From Chiloscyllium plagiosum (taxonomy: Eukaryota), in assembly GCF_004010195.1 (NCBI RefSeq), contig NC_057728.1, positions 50,730,782 through 50,794,781 of the forward strand: a stretch of DNA of 64,000 nucleotides. Reading direction: 5' to 3'. The position numbers were made by a program, and so were the translations under genes. Position 1 is the stretch's first letter, and each line of letters begins with the position of its first letter. Shown in pieces: positions 41,901 through 53,900 of the stretch. The notes under the pieces are model-generated. The model made no database searches. It worked only from the letters and a program-made list of their open reading frames with translations, and was not told the origin of the DNA.

Positions 41901-44900
41901 TCGTTACCGCAGAGTGCGGTGGATGCTGGGACATTGAGCAAATTAAAGGAGGAGATAGATGGAGTTTTAATTAGTGACAGGTTGAAGGCTTATGGAGAGC
42001 CGCAGGAAAGTGGAGCTGAGGCTAAGGTGAGATCAGCCAAGATCGTATTAAATGGCATAGCAGACTCGAGGAGCTGAATTGTCTACCTCTAGCATGTTCC
42101 TAATTCTTATGTTCTGAATTTCACTGCAGACTGAGGACTGAATGTAACACCAGCACAAGAAACAGTGAGCACAGAGTCCAAACCTTTCCAGACTGGGACA
42201 TTTACTGCAGCGTTTCAGAAAAAAGATATTCAGTTACTGAGGTGCAGGGAAAGATATCAGTTAACAGGGGGAAGAATATTCAGAGCTTGAGGTAGAGGGC
42301 AAATTATTCACTCATTAAGACACAGCGAAGGATATTCGGAAATTTGGGTTCAGGGAATGGGATACAGCAAAGGATATTCTCGATGGGCCAAAGAGCCTCT
42401 TTTGCGATGTACGACTTTTATGATATTCTGATATTGACCTTTCAGAGAGAGTTGTACATTCAAGTCCAGATTTTTTTTTGAGAATGATATTTAAAGGATG
42501 ACTGATATTGCTGATTTTTATTTTCTGTCTTGTATCAAGAGGATTGTGTCTGGGGATATGGCGAAAATGTTTATATCATGAAAAATGTTGAAAAATTAGA
42601 AAAGTTGTGCCACCCTGATCAGAATTTAAGTACAAGGGGCGATACTCAAAAATTGGTGACAACAAAAATTAGTAAAACAAAGGTAACTTGTGTGTTTGTT
42701 ATTGGGGTGCTGAGTGTGTCAAAGAGATTACAGACACTAGAGAGAACATGAAATCTACAAAGGGAGAAGGAAATAGGCAGGGATTCAAGGTCATTAGAAA
42801 TTCAGTGAAAAGGGCACAATGGGCTGATGGATCCTAATGAGCTGGATCAGGGATTACCATATCTGATGTATGGATCTGTTCAATAATATTTCATGTCACG
42901 TGTTGGGACCTCATTTAATTGATCTTCATGTTGTGTTGTTTTGTGTTTGCAGGAGGGAGCAGGCCCTGAGATCATAATCCTGCTCCTGGCCAATAAAACC
43001 GATCTGGAAAGTAAGCGGCAGGTTGCCAGTGAGGAGGGTCACCGATTGGCTAAGGTTTGCATTACAAGATCTGTATTATAAAGGCTTCACATTGTCTTTA
43101 AAGGTTGCTAAAGAGTTTGACAAAAAAGCAAAATGGTCCCTCGAGGAATGGATGGATCCCGGAGACTACCCTTAAATCATGGAGAATGTGGGAACAGAGA
43201 GCATCACAAGAAGAAGGTCTGAATGAGCCACTCGCAGAGTGAATCAGTGGCTGGGAGATTCTGCTCAGGCAGAAGATGCCATTGGTGTCCAGTAGAAAAT
43301 TTCTAACATGCAGTAAATCACTCAACCCTCTGGCTACAAATCCCTTTGCCAACCCCTTGCAATCAGGCAGCTGTCTCAGTGAAGTTCGAGTAGTATGAAA
43401 TAAAAACCACATTGGCAGTTCCGACTGCCTTGAGGCTTTGTCAGAGTTCTGTTCCAAACGTAAGAACCTCCCACTGGATATGAAAGTAACTGGTCTTGCA
43501 ATGCTGTCAGGGCAGTGTATGTTATGCTACAAACCTTACCTTCAGCTGCATGTTTACCAGACACCATTTCTTCACATATTCCCCTCTTGGTCTAAATGTA
43601 CTGCGATTTCCAATTCTCTTGACTTCCTTTTTGCTTCACTGCTTCTTATTTATATTGCAGGTTCCAGGATGGGAACACAATGACTAGATTTGAGGTCACT
43701 GCAGGTTGAACTTATTTAGGTGCTCTGCCATTTCCTAATTTATAGGGCACAATGTCAGAAGTCGCATTATACCAGGTTATAGTCCAACAGGTTTATTTGA
43801 AATCACAAGCTTTCATGAGCACTGCTGCTTCGTCAGATGAAGTGGCAGCGCTCCGAAGCTTGTGATTTCAAATAAACCTGATTTGGAGGTGCCAGTGTTG
43901 GACTGGAGTGGACAAAGTTGAAAATCACACAACACCAGGTTATAGTCCAACAGGTTTAATTGGAAGCACTAGCTTCCGGAGCGACACTCCTTCATCAGGT
44001 GGTTGTGGAGTATAAGATTGTAAGACATGGAATTTATAGCGAAGGTTTACAATGTGTTCCAGGTTTACAGTACATCACACTGTAAACTACAGTCTTATAT
44101 TCCACAACCACCTGATGAAGGAGCAGCACTCCGAAAGCTAGTGCTTCCAATTAAACCTGTTGGACTATAATCTGGTATTGGATGATTTTTAACCTCAAAT
44201 ATACCTGTTGGACTATAATCTGGTGTCATGTGACTTCTGACCTTGTCCACCCTACTCCAACACCGGCACCTCCACATCATAGGGCCAGGGTGGCATAATG
44301 GTTATATCATGAGACTGGTGTGTCACTGGTTCAAATCCCTCACAGATTTGCTGGAAATTCAATTCAAATTCTGGAACTGAAAGCTAATCTCAGTAATGAT
44401 GACAATCATCAATTTGAGGGCAAATGACTGAGGTGTCAGTGCGGGAGCACTTTGGGGCCAGAAACCGTAATTCTATTAGTTTTAAAACAGTGATGGAAAA
44501 CAAGGGACAGGATCTAAAAGTTAAAGCTCTAAATTAGAACAAGGCCAATTTTGATGGTATTAGGCAAGAATTTTCAAAAGTTGATTGGGTGCGGATATTC
44601 GCAGGAAAGGGACGGCTGGAAAATGGGAAGCCTTCAAAAATGAACTACTGAGAGTCCAGAGACAGCATGTTCCTGTTGAGGTGAAAGGCAAGGCTGATAG
44701 GTGTAAGGAATGCTGGATGACTAGAGAAATTAAGGTTTTGGTCAAGAAAAAGAAGGAAGCATATGTTAGGTACAGACAGGAGAGATCTTGTGAATCCTTA
44801 GAAGAGTATAAAGGCAGTCGGAGTATACTTAAGAGGGAAATCAGGAGGGCAAAAAGGGGTCATGAGATAGTTTTAACAAGTAGTTTTAAGGAGAATCCAA

Positions 44901-47900
44901 AGGGATTTTATAAATGTGTTAAGGACAAAGGGGTAACTAGGGAGAGAATAGAGCCACTCAAAGTTCAGCAAGGCAACCTGTGTGTGGAACTGCAAAAGAT
45001 ACTAAATGAGTACTTTGCATCAGTGTTTACTGTGGAGGAGGACATGGAAGATACAGAATGTGGGGAAATAGATGGTGACATCTTGAAAAAATGTCTATAG
45101 TACAGAGGAGGAATTTGCTGGATGTCTTGAAACACATAAAGGTGGATAAATCCCCAGGACCCTAAAACTTTGTGGGAAACTAGGGAAGTGATTGTTGGGC
45201 CTCTTGCTGAGATATTTGGATCATCGATAGTCACAGGTGAGGTGATGGAAGACTGGAGGTTGGCTAACGTGGTGCCACTATTTATGAAAGGTGGTAATGA
45301 CAAGCCAGGGAATATCGGCTGGAGAGTCTAACATCAGTGGTGGGCAAGTTGTTGAAGGGAATCCTGAGCGACAGGCTTTACATGTATTTGGAATGGGAAG
45401 GACTGATTATAGATAGTCAACATGGCTTTGTGCATGAGAAATCATGTCTCATTAACTTGATTGAGATTTTTGAAGAAGTGGGCGGCACGGTGGCACAGTG
45501 GTTAGCACTGCTGCCTCACAGCGCCAGAGACCCGGGTTCAATTCCCGACTCAGGCGACTGACTGTGTGGAGTTTGCACATTCTCCCCGTGTCTGCGTGGG
45601 TTTCCTCCGGGTGCTCCGGTTTCCTCCCACAGTCCAAAGATGTGCAGGTTAGGTGAATTGGCCATGCTAAATTGTCTGTCGTGTTCGGTAAGGGGAAATG
45701 TAGAGGTATGGGTGGGTTGCGCTTCGGCGGGTCGGTGTGGACTTGTTGGGCCGAAGGGCCTGTTTCCGCACTGTAAAGTAATCTAATCTAATCTAAAGTG
45801 ACAGAGGATTGAGGAGGACAAAGCAGTGGACATGCTCTATATGGACTTCAGTAAGGTGTTTGACATGGCAGACTGGTTAGCAAGGTTCCTCATGGCAGAC
45901 TGGTTAGCAAGGTTAGATCTCATGGAATACAAGGATAACTATCCATTTGGATACAGAACTGGCTTGAAGGTAGAAGACAGAGGGTGGTGGTGGAGGGTTA
46001 CTTTTCAGACTGGAGGCCTGTGACCAGCGGTGTGCCACAAGGATTTAAGTGAACAATGTGAATGTGAACACAGACGGTATTGTTAGTAAGTTTGCAGATG
46101 ACACCAAAATTGGAAGAGTAGTGGACAGTAAGAAGGTTACATCGGACTACAATGGGATCTTGATCAGATGGGCTGAGGAGTGGCAGATGGAGTTTAATTT
46201 AGATAAATGTGGGGTGCTGCATTTTGGAAAGACAAATCAGGGCAGGACCTATCCACTTAATAGTAAGGTCCTGGGCAGTATTGCTGAACAAAGAGAGTGC
46301 AGTTCATAGTTCCTTGAAAGTGGAGTTTCAGGTAGATAGGATAGTGAAGAAGGTGTTTGGTATGCTCTCCTTTATTGGTCAAAACATTGAGTACAGGAGC
46401 TGGGAGGTCATGTTGTGGCTGTACAGGACATTGGTTAAGCCACTTTTGGAATATTGTGTGTAATTCTGGTCTCCTTCCTATCGGAAAGATGTTGAGAAAC
46501 CTGAAAGGGTTCAGAAAACATTTACAAGGACATTGCCAAGGTTGGAAGATCTGAGCTGTAAAGAGAGGTTGAATAGTCTGGGGCTGTTTTCCTTGGAGCT
46601 TTGGAGGCTGAGGGGTGACCTTATAGATGTTTATAAAATCATGAGGGTCTTTTCCCTGAGGTTGGGGAATCCAGAACTAGAGGTCTGGGTCGAGAAGGGG
46701 AAAATTTAAAAGGGACCTAAGGGGTAACGTTTTCACGCAGAAGGTGATATGTGTATGGAATGACCTGCCAGGGCAAGTATTGGAGGCTGATACAATTGCC
46801 AAGTGCTGGGAAAAGGGACTGGATTAGGGTGGGATATCTGGCCGGCATGGACTTGTTGGACTGAAGGGTCTGTTTCCGTGCTGTACATCTCTATGACCCG
46901 ATGACTCCAGAGGGCCAGGGTGGCATAGTGGTTACACTGTAAGACTAGTACGTCACTGGTTTAAATCCTCACAGGTTTGCTGGAAATTGAATTCAAATTC
47001 TGGAATTGAAAGCTCGTCTCAGTAATGGTGACCATCATCAATTTGTTATTTTAAAGCTTATCTGGTCCACTAATGTCTCATAAGCAAAGAAATCTATCAT
47101 TCTCACTTGGTCTGACCAACAAGTGACTCCAGACAGATTACAATGTGGTTGGTTTGTAACTGACCTTTAAGATGGCTGTGCAAGTCACCCAGTTCTAAGG
47201 CATTTAGGGATGGACAGTGAATGTAGGCCTTGCTAATGATATCCATATACTCTGAAAAGCAGATAGTTTTAAAAATGCATAATATTTCTACCTGCTTTAC
47301 TTCTAATGCTTTTCCCTTGGTCTGATCTGATCCTCCTGTTAATTATCTTGGTCTATCTTAGGATCATTTGTGTTCATGAATTTTGAATTCTGCACATGTT
47401 GAGTTATTGACCCAGGAGCCTGAAGCAGCCTCATTATACTTCCACCTTTTGTTTTAACAGGAATGTAATTTGATTTTCTATGAGTGCAGTGCCTTCTCAG
47501 GTGTCAATATAACCGAATCCATGATGCATTTGGCCAGGTAAGGTGGTAAATTCATTAAATCAGAAGGTGATTAACATCTGATTCATTGATTTGTACATCT
47601 TAATGATTATATCACAAACAACACAGTGACAATATAGAAATTATGAAACTAAACCTTGGTTCCTAACAAAGTTCAAATGCAGAGTGACATGGAGAAAGCT
47701 TAACGAATTTTTGATTCTATCACACTGTAACATTTGTGTTCGTGCTGCATGAACCTAGCTAAATATATGTAGCTTGGAACTGGTTTTAATATTATGGTCT
47801 AGATTTGTTACTAGCACTTTTAATGAATTAGTCTACTGATGCTAAAGTCACAACGATTGGAAAGGCTGAACTGAGAAGCAAATGATTTTAAAAATTGGCT

Positions 47901-50900
47901 CATCCGTTCGCAGGTTCTCCCAAACTCTCCAGACATTTTAAAGGGAGAAAATAAGACTTATCTATGAATAAATCTGAATATTTTGCATTCTTGCTTATAC
48001 ATAAGTTCACCATGTATGAGATGTAAGACGTTTTAGAAATATTCACCTGGAGTAGACAAAATGGGGAATGGGATATTCCCAGGGACAATAATGGCTCTGA
48101 GAAGGCTTCAGAAGGGAAGCAGCCCAGCATCTGACTCTGTCCATGGTCAGTCCTGCCAACTGCATGTGCTAACTGCACCTTAAACCTTCCAAAGTTAAAG
48201 GACTTCAAAAAGGGTCTTACCATCAACAAGTGTCATCCTTGTTCTGAGGAACTAACACATGCATGCACTCACGCACATAACACATGTATGCACATATACG
48301 TACACAGACATGCACATACTTGGAATATTGTGTACAGTTCTAGTCACCGCATTATAAGAAGGATGTGGAAGCTTTAGAAAGGGTGCAGAGGAGATTTACG
48401 AGGATGTTGCCTGGTATGGAAGGAATGTCTTACGAGGAAAGGCTGAGGGCCTTGAGGCTGTTCTTGTTAGAGAGAAGAAGGTTGAGAGGTGACTTAATAG
48501 AGACATACAAGATAATCAGAGGGTTAGATAGGGTGGACAGGGAGAGCTTTTTTCCAAGTATGGGGACAGCAAACACAAGGGTACACAACTTTAAAGTGAG
48601 GGGGGGATAGGTATAAGACAGATGTCAGAGGTAGTTTCTTTAATCAGAGAGTAGTAAGGGTATGGAATGCTTTGCCTGCATTGGTAGTAGATTTGCCAAG
48701 TTTAAGTGCATTTAAGTCGTCATTGGACAGGCATATGGACATACATGGAATAGTGTAGGTGGGATGGGCTTCAGATTAGTACGACAGGGTGGCGCAACAG
48801 CGAGGGCCGAAGGGCCTGTACTGCGCTGTAATGTTCTATGTTTTATGTTCTATACAGATAAAAACACATGCATACACACACACAATATACATTTGGGAAC
48901 ATTGGCTACGCATAGGCAGAGCTCTGTTATCTGCTAGTAAGCTAACGCTACTAAAATGATAGCTCCCATGTGGACAGGAGCATAAATATTTCAATGAGTA
49001 AATTTATCTGCAAATGAAAAAAAAATATTTTAATCCATTTTACGACAAAGCTCTTTGTGAGAATAATGCCACCAGTGAATCTGCAGTTTTATTAATATGA
49101 TAATCTGTAATGTGTGAAAATATGCTGACATTGCTGCTTCACTCTGGAGCAAATAGGAGTTCTGGAATATGCTTAATTTTGAAGATTTCACATTGAGCTG
49201 GTTACAATGTGGAGTTGAGAAGCAGCTCTGTTGTTGTGATTTATCAGAATGGCAGAAAAGACTCGAGGGGCTGAATGGCCTCTTGTTTTTATGTTTCTTC
49301 CAGCCCAATATAAAGCAGCATGAACGAGGATCCCCTGAACTGTTAAATTGCCTTCATCTGGCATTTGACATTATACATACATTGTCAAGGACAGTGCCCC
49401 CCCCCCTCCCCCCCCAAGATGAACACTGAGTCCTTTTGGTGTCTAGCTGCAGACTACAGAATATGTGTAATCATTAACCCTCCCAATCCCTGTTGAGATC
49501 ATGATGCCAGGAACAATTCATTATTGGAGTAACTAATGATGTCAGCCAGGTCAACCTCATAGAATAGGATCCCTGATTGGGGCTGTTAATCTGATATGAT
49601 ATGATAATCAGGGAGTCCTGGCTGACAGATATAAACAGAAGTGTCATAAGTCCTGTTCACTCTGAGATTTGGCTCTGTGGGAGCTGGATCAGTGTCAAGG
49701 ACTCTCCACATGTAAATAAAGGGTGACTTGGTGATGAGATACCGGTGGTTGTGGAGTTATTTCAATCAGCATTGAAGTAACAAACAGCAGAAACAAAATC
49801 AGATACATTGGAGTTGTAACAGGCTGTTGGTCCAATCAATTTCACTAGAGGGCATAATTTTAAAGTGAGAGAGAAATGATTTAAAAGGGACCTAAGGGGC
49901 AACGTTTTTCACGCAGAGGGTGGTGTGTCTGGAATGAGCTGTCAGGGAAAGTGGTGGAGGCTAGTACAATTGCAACATTTAAAATGCATCTGGATGGTTA
50001 CATGAATAGGAAGGGTTTAGAGGGATATACGCCAAATGATGGCAAATGAGACTAGATTAGATAACGTTATCTGGTCAGCATAGACGAATTGGACCAAAGG
50101 GTCTGTTTCCGTGCTGTACATCTGTCTGGCTCTGTAGCTCTATGTTGATATTTATCCTTCAGATGGACAGAAGCCTAATCCCCTGAAACAGCCTGGTTCC
50201 CATATTCCCTTTTTCAGAGCTGATAGAGGTGGGAATGTATCAAAAGGTGTAGGTTTTCAACTGTGACTACAATAAAGGCCCACTGAGCCTCCCCACCTCT
50301 ACGAGTATTTCACTCCTTTGTGCATCCTATCCTCTCAATCCAGACACCCAGCATTCATTAAATGTCCTCTTCGCTGAATCTAATAATTCCAGCTATACTA
50401 ACCTTGTTGTCCCTATCTGTTTGTGCAGAGCAGCAAGAGCTGTTTGTTCACCACTGAATGCTGCCCTGCCCCTGACTGCCTTCCACCCTGAACCCCACTC
50501 CCCTACTCCCAGCCCTCAGTCCTCTCTGCCCAGCCCCCGCTACCCCCTGCCCAGCTCTCACACCCTTCCACCCTGGACCCTGACCACCACACCCCTCTGC
50601 CCTGACTCACTCCTGTCTATCCTGCCCCCACTGCACTCCGCCCTGCCCTAGTCCTCTCTGCCCTGGCCCTTGCTCCCCCCTCTCTGGTCTTCCTGGACCT
50701 TAGTCCCCTCCATTCTGGCCTGAGCCCTTTGCCCCTAGTCCCCTCTGACCTTGTGCCAGTGACCTCTGTTCAGATGAAGCTCTCACAAATCCACATGATG
50801 TTGCTTAGAATCATAGAGATGTACAGCAAGGAAACAGACCCTTCGGTCCAACTTGTCCGTGCCATCGAGATATCCCAACCCCATCTAGTCCCACCTGCCA

Positions 50901-53900
50901 GCACCCTGCCCATATCCCTCGAAAACCTTCCTATTCATATACCCATCCAGATGCCTTTTAAATGTTGCAATTGTACCAGCCTCCACCACTTCCTCTGGCA
51001 GCTCATTGCATACATGTACCACTCTCTGCGTGAAAAAGTTGCCCCATAGGTCTCTTTTACATCTTTCCCCTCTCACCCTAAACCTATGCCCTCTAGTTCT
51101 GGACTCCCCCATCCCAGAGAAATGACTTTGTCTATTTATCGTATCCATGCCCTCATGATTTTGCAAACCTCTATAAGATCACCCCTCAGCCTCCGACGCT
51201 CCAGGGAAAACAGTCCCAGCCTGTTCAGCCTCTTCCTGTAGCTCAAATCCTCCAACCCTGGCAGCATCCTTGTAAATCTTTTCTGATCCTTTTCAAGTTT
51301 CACAACATATTTCCGATAGGAAGGAGACCAGATTTGCACACAATATTCCAACAGTGGCCTAACCAATGTCCTGTACAGCCACAACATGACCTCCCAACTC
51401 CTATACTCAATACTCTGACCAATAAAGGAAAGCATACCAAACGCCTTCTTCACTATCCTATCTACCTGCGACTCCACTTTCAAGGAGATATGAACCTGTA
51501 CTCCAACGTCTCTTTGTTCAACAACACTCCCTAGGACCTTACCATTAAGTGTATAAGTCCTGCTAAGACTTGCTTTCCCAAAATGCAGCACCTTTCATTT
51601 GTCTAAATTAAAATCCATTTGCCACTTCTCAGCCCATTGGCCCATCTGATTAAGATCCCGTTACAATCCGAGGTAACCTTCTTCACTCTCCACTACATCT
51701 CCAATTTTGGTGTCATCTACAAACTTACTAACTATACCTTACTAACTATGTTCACATCCAAATTATTTATATAAATGATGAAAAGTAGTAAATCCAGCAT
51801 CAATCCATGTGGCACTCCACTGGTCACAGGCCTCCAGTCTGAAAAACAACCCTCCAACACCACCCTCTGTCTTCTACCTTTGAGCCAGTCCTGTATCTGA
51901 ATGGATCATTTTCCCTGTATTTCCATGAGATCTAACCTTGCTAATCAGTCTCCTGTGGGGAACCTTGTTGAACACCTTACTGAAGTACATACAGATCATG
52001 TCTATTCACTCTGCCCTCATCAATTCTCTTTGTTACTTCCTCAAAAAACTCAATCAAGTTTGTGAGACATGACTTCCCACACACAAAGCTATGTTGACTA
52101 TGCCTAATCAGACCTTGCCTTTCCAAATACATGTACATCGTGTCCCTCAGGATTCCCTCCAATAACTTGCCCACCACCGATGTCAGGCTCACTGGTCTAT
52201 AGTTCCCTGGCTTGTCCTTACCACCTTTCTTAAATAGTGGCACCACATTAGCCAACCTCCAGTCTTCCGGCACCTCACCTGTGACTATCGATGATACAAA
52301 TATCGCAGCAAGAGGCCTAGCAATCACTTCCCTAGCTTCCTACAGAGTTGTAGGGTACACCTGATCAGGTCCTGGGGATTTATATGCCTTTATGCATTTC
52401 AAGATATTCAGTACTTGCTCCTCTGTAATATGGACAGTTTTCAAGATGTCACCATCTATTTCCCTACATTATACATCTTTCATGTCCTTTTCCACTGTAA
52501 ACACTGATGCAAATTACTTTTAGTATCCCCCCATCTCCTGCTGCTCTACACAAAGGCCGCCTTGCTGATGTTTGAGGGGCCCTATTCTCTCCCTAGTTAC
52601 CCTTAATGTCTTTGTAAAAACCCTTTGGATTCTTCTTAACTCTATTTGCCAAAGCTATATCATGTCCCCTTTTTGCCCTCCTGATTTCCCTCTTAAGTAT
52701 AGTCCTACTGCCTTTATACTCTTCTAAGAATTGACTCAATCTATCCTGTCTATACCTGACATAGGCTTCCTTCTTTTTCTTAACCAAACCCTCAATTTCT
52801 TTAATCATCCAACATTCCCTATACCTACCAGCCTTTCCTTTCACCCTAACAGGAATACACTGTCTCTGCACTCTTATTATTTCATTTCAGAAGGCTTCCC
52901 ATTTTCCAACCATCCTGTTACCTGAGAACATCTGCCCCCAATCAGCTTTTGAAAGTTCTTATCTAATACCATTTAAATTAACCTTTCTCCAATTTAGAAC
53001 TTCAACTTTTAGATCTCGTCTATACTTTTCTATCACTATTTTAAAACTAATAGAATTATGGTCGCTGGCCCCAAAGTGCTCCCCACTGACACCTCAGTCA
53101 CCTGCCCTGCCTTATTTCCCAAGTTTTGCACCTTCTCTAGTAGGTACATCCACATACTGAATCAGAAAATGTTCTTGTACATACTTAACAAATCCCTCTA
53201 CACCTAAACCCTTAACACTATGGCAATCCCAGTCTATGTTTGGAAAGTTAAAATCCCCTACCGCAACCTCCCTATTATTCTTACAGATAACTACATCTCC
53301 TTACAAATTTGTTTCTCAATTTCCCACTGACTATTAGGGGGGCTATAATACAATCCCAATAAGATGATCATCCCTTGCTTATTTCTCAAATAATTTCCCT
53401 GGATATATTTCCGGGAATATCCTCCCTCAGTACATTGACTCCCCCACTACCTGGATGACACCTCCTCACACCCTGCCTCCTGCAAAAATGGTATACCTTA
53501 TTCCCAATACCTCTGCCTCTGCTGCATCTGCTCCCAGGAGGACCAGTTCCACCACAGATGGCCTCCTTCTTTAAAGACCAAAATTTCCCCTCACATGTGG
53601 TTGATAATGCCCTTCAGTGCATCTCATCCACTTCCCGCACGTCCACCCTCGAACCCCACCCCTTAAAACCACAACAAGGACAGAACCCCACCGGTCCCAC
53701 TCCTGCCCACAGTCCTCACCTTCCACCCTACCAATCTCCATATATATAGCATCATCCTCTGCCATTTATGCCACCAACAAATGGACCCCACCACCAGAGA
53801 AATATTTCTCTCTGCACCCCTATCCGTTTTCCAGAAAGTCCGTTCCCTCCCTGATTACTTGGTCAGGTCCACGCCCCCAAAAGCCACCCTTCCCTCACGG

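Noticed and set aside
42180..42380. Degenerate ~27 bp repeat (ggatattc...)
   Set aside because: Too decayed to define a unit, with no further structure.
45864..45914. 24 bp direct duplication (MADWLARF twice)
   Set aside because: A local duplication inside a dead CR1 copy with no evident significance.
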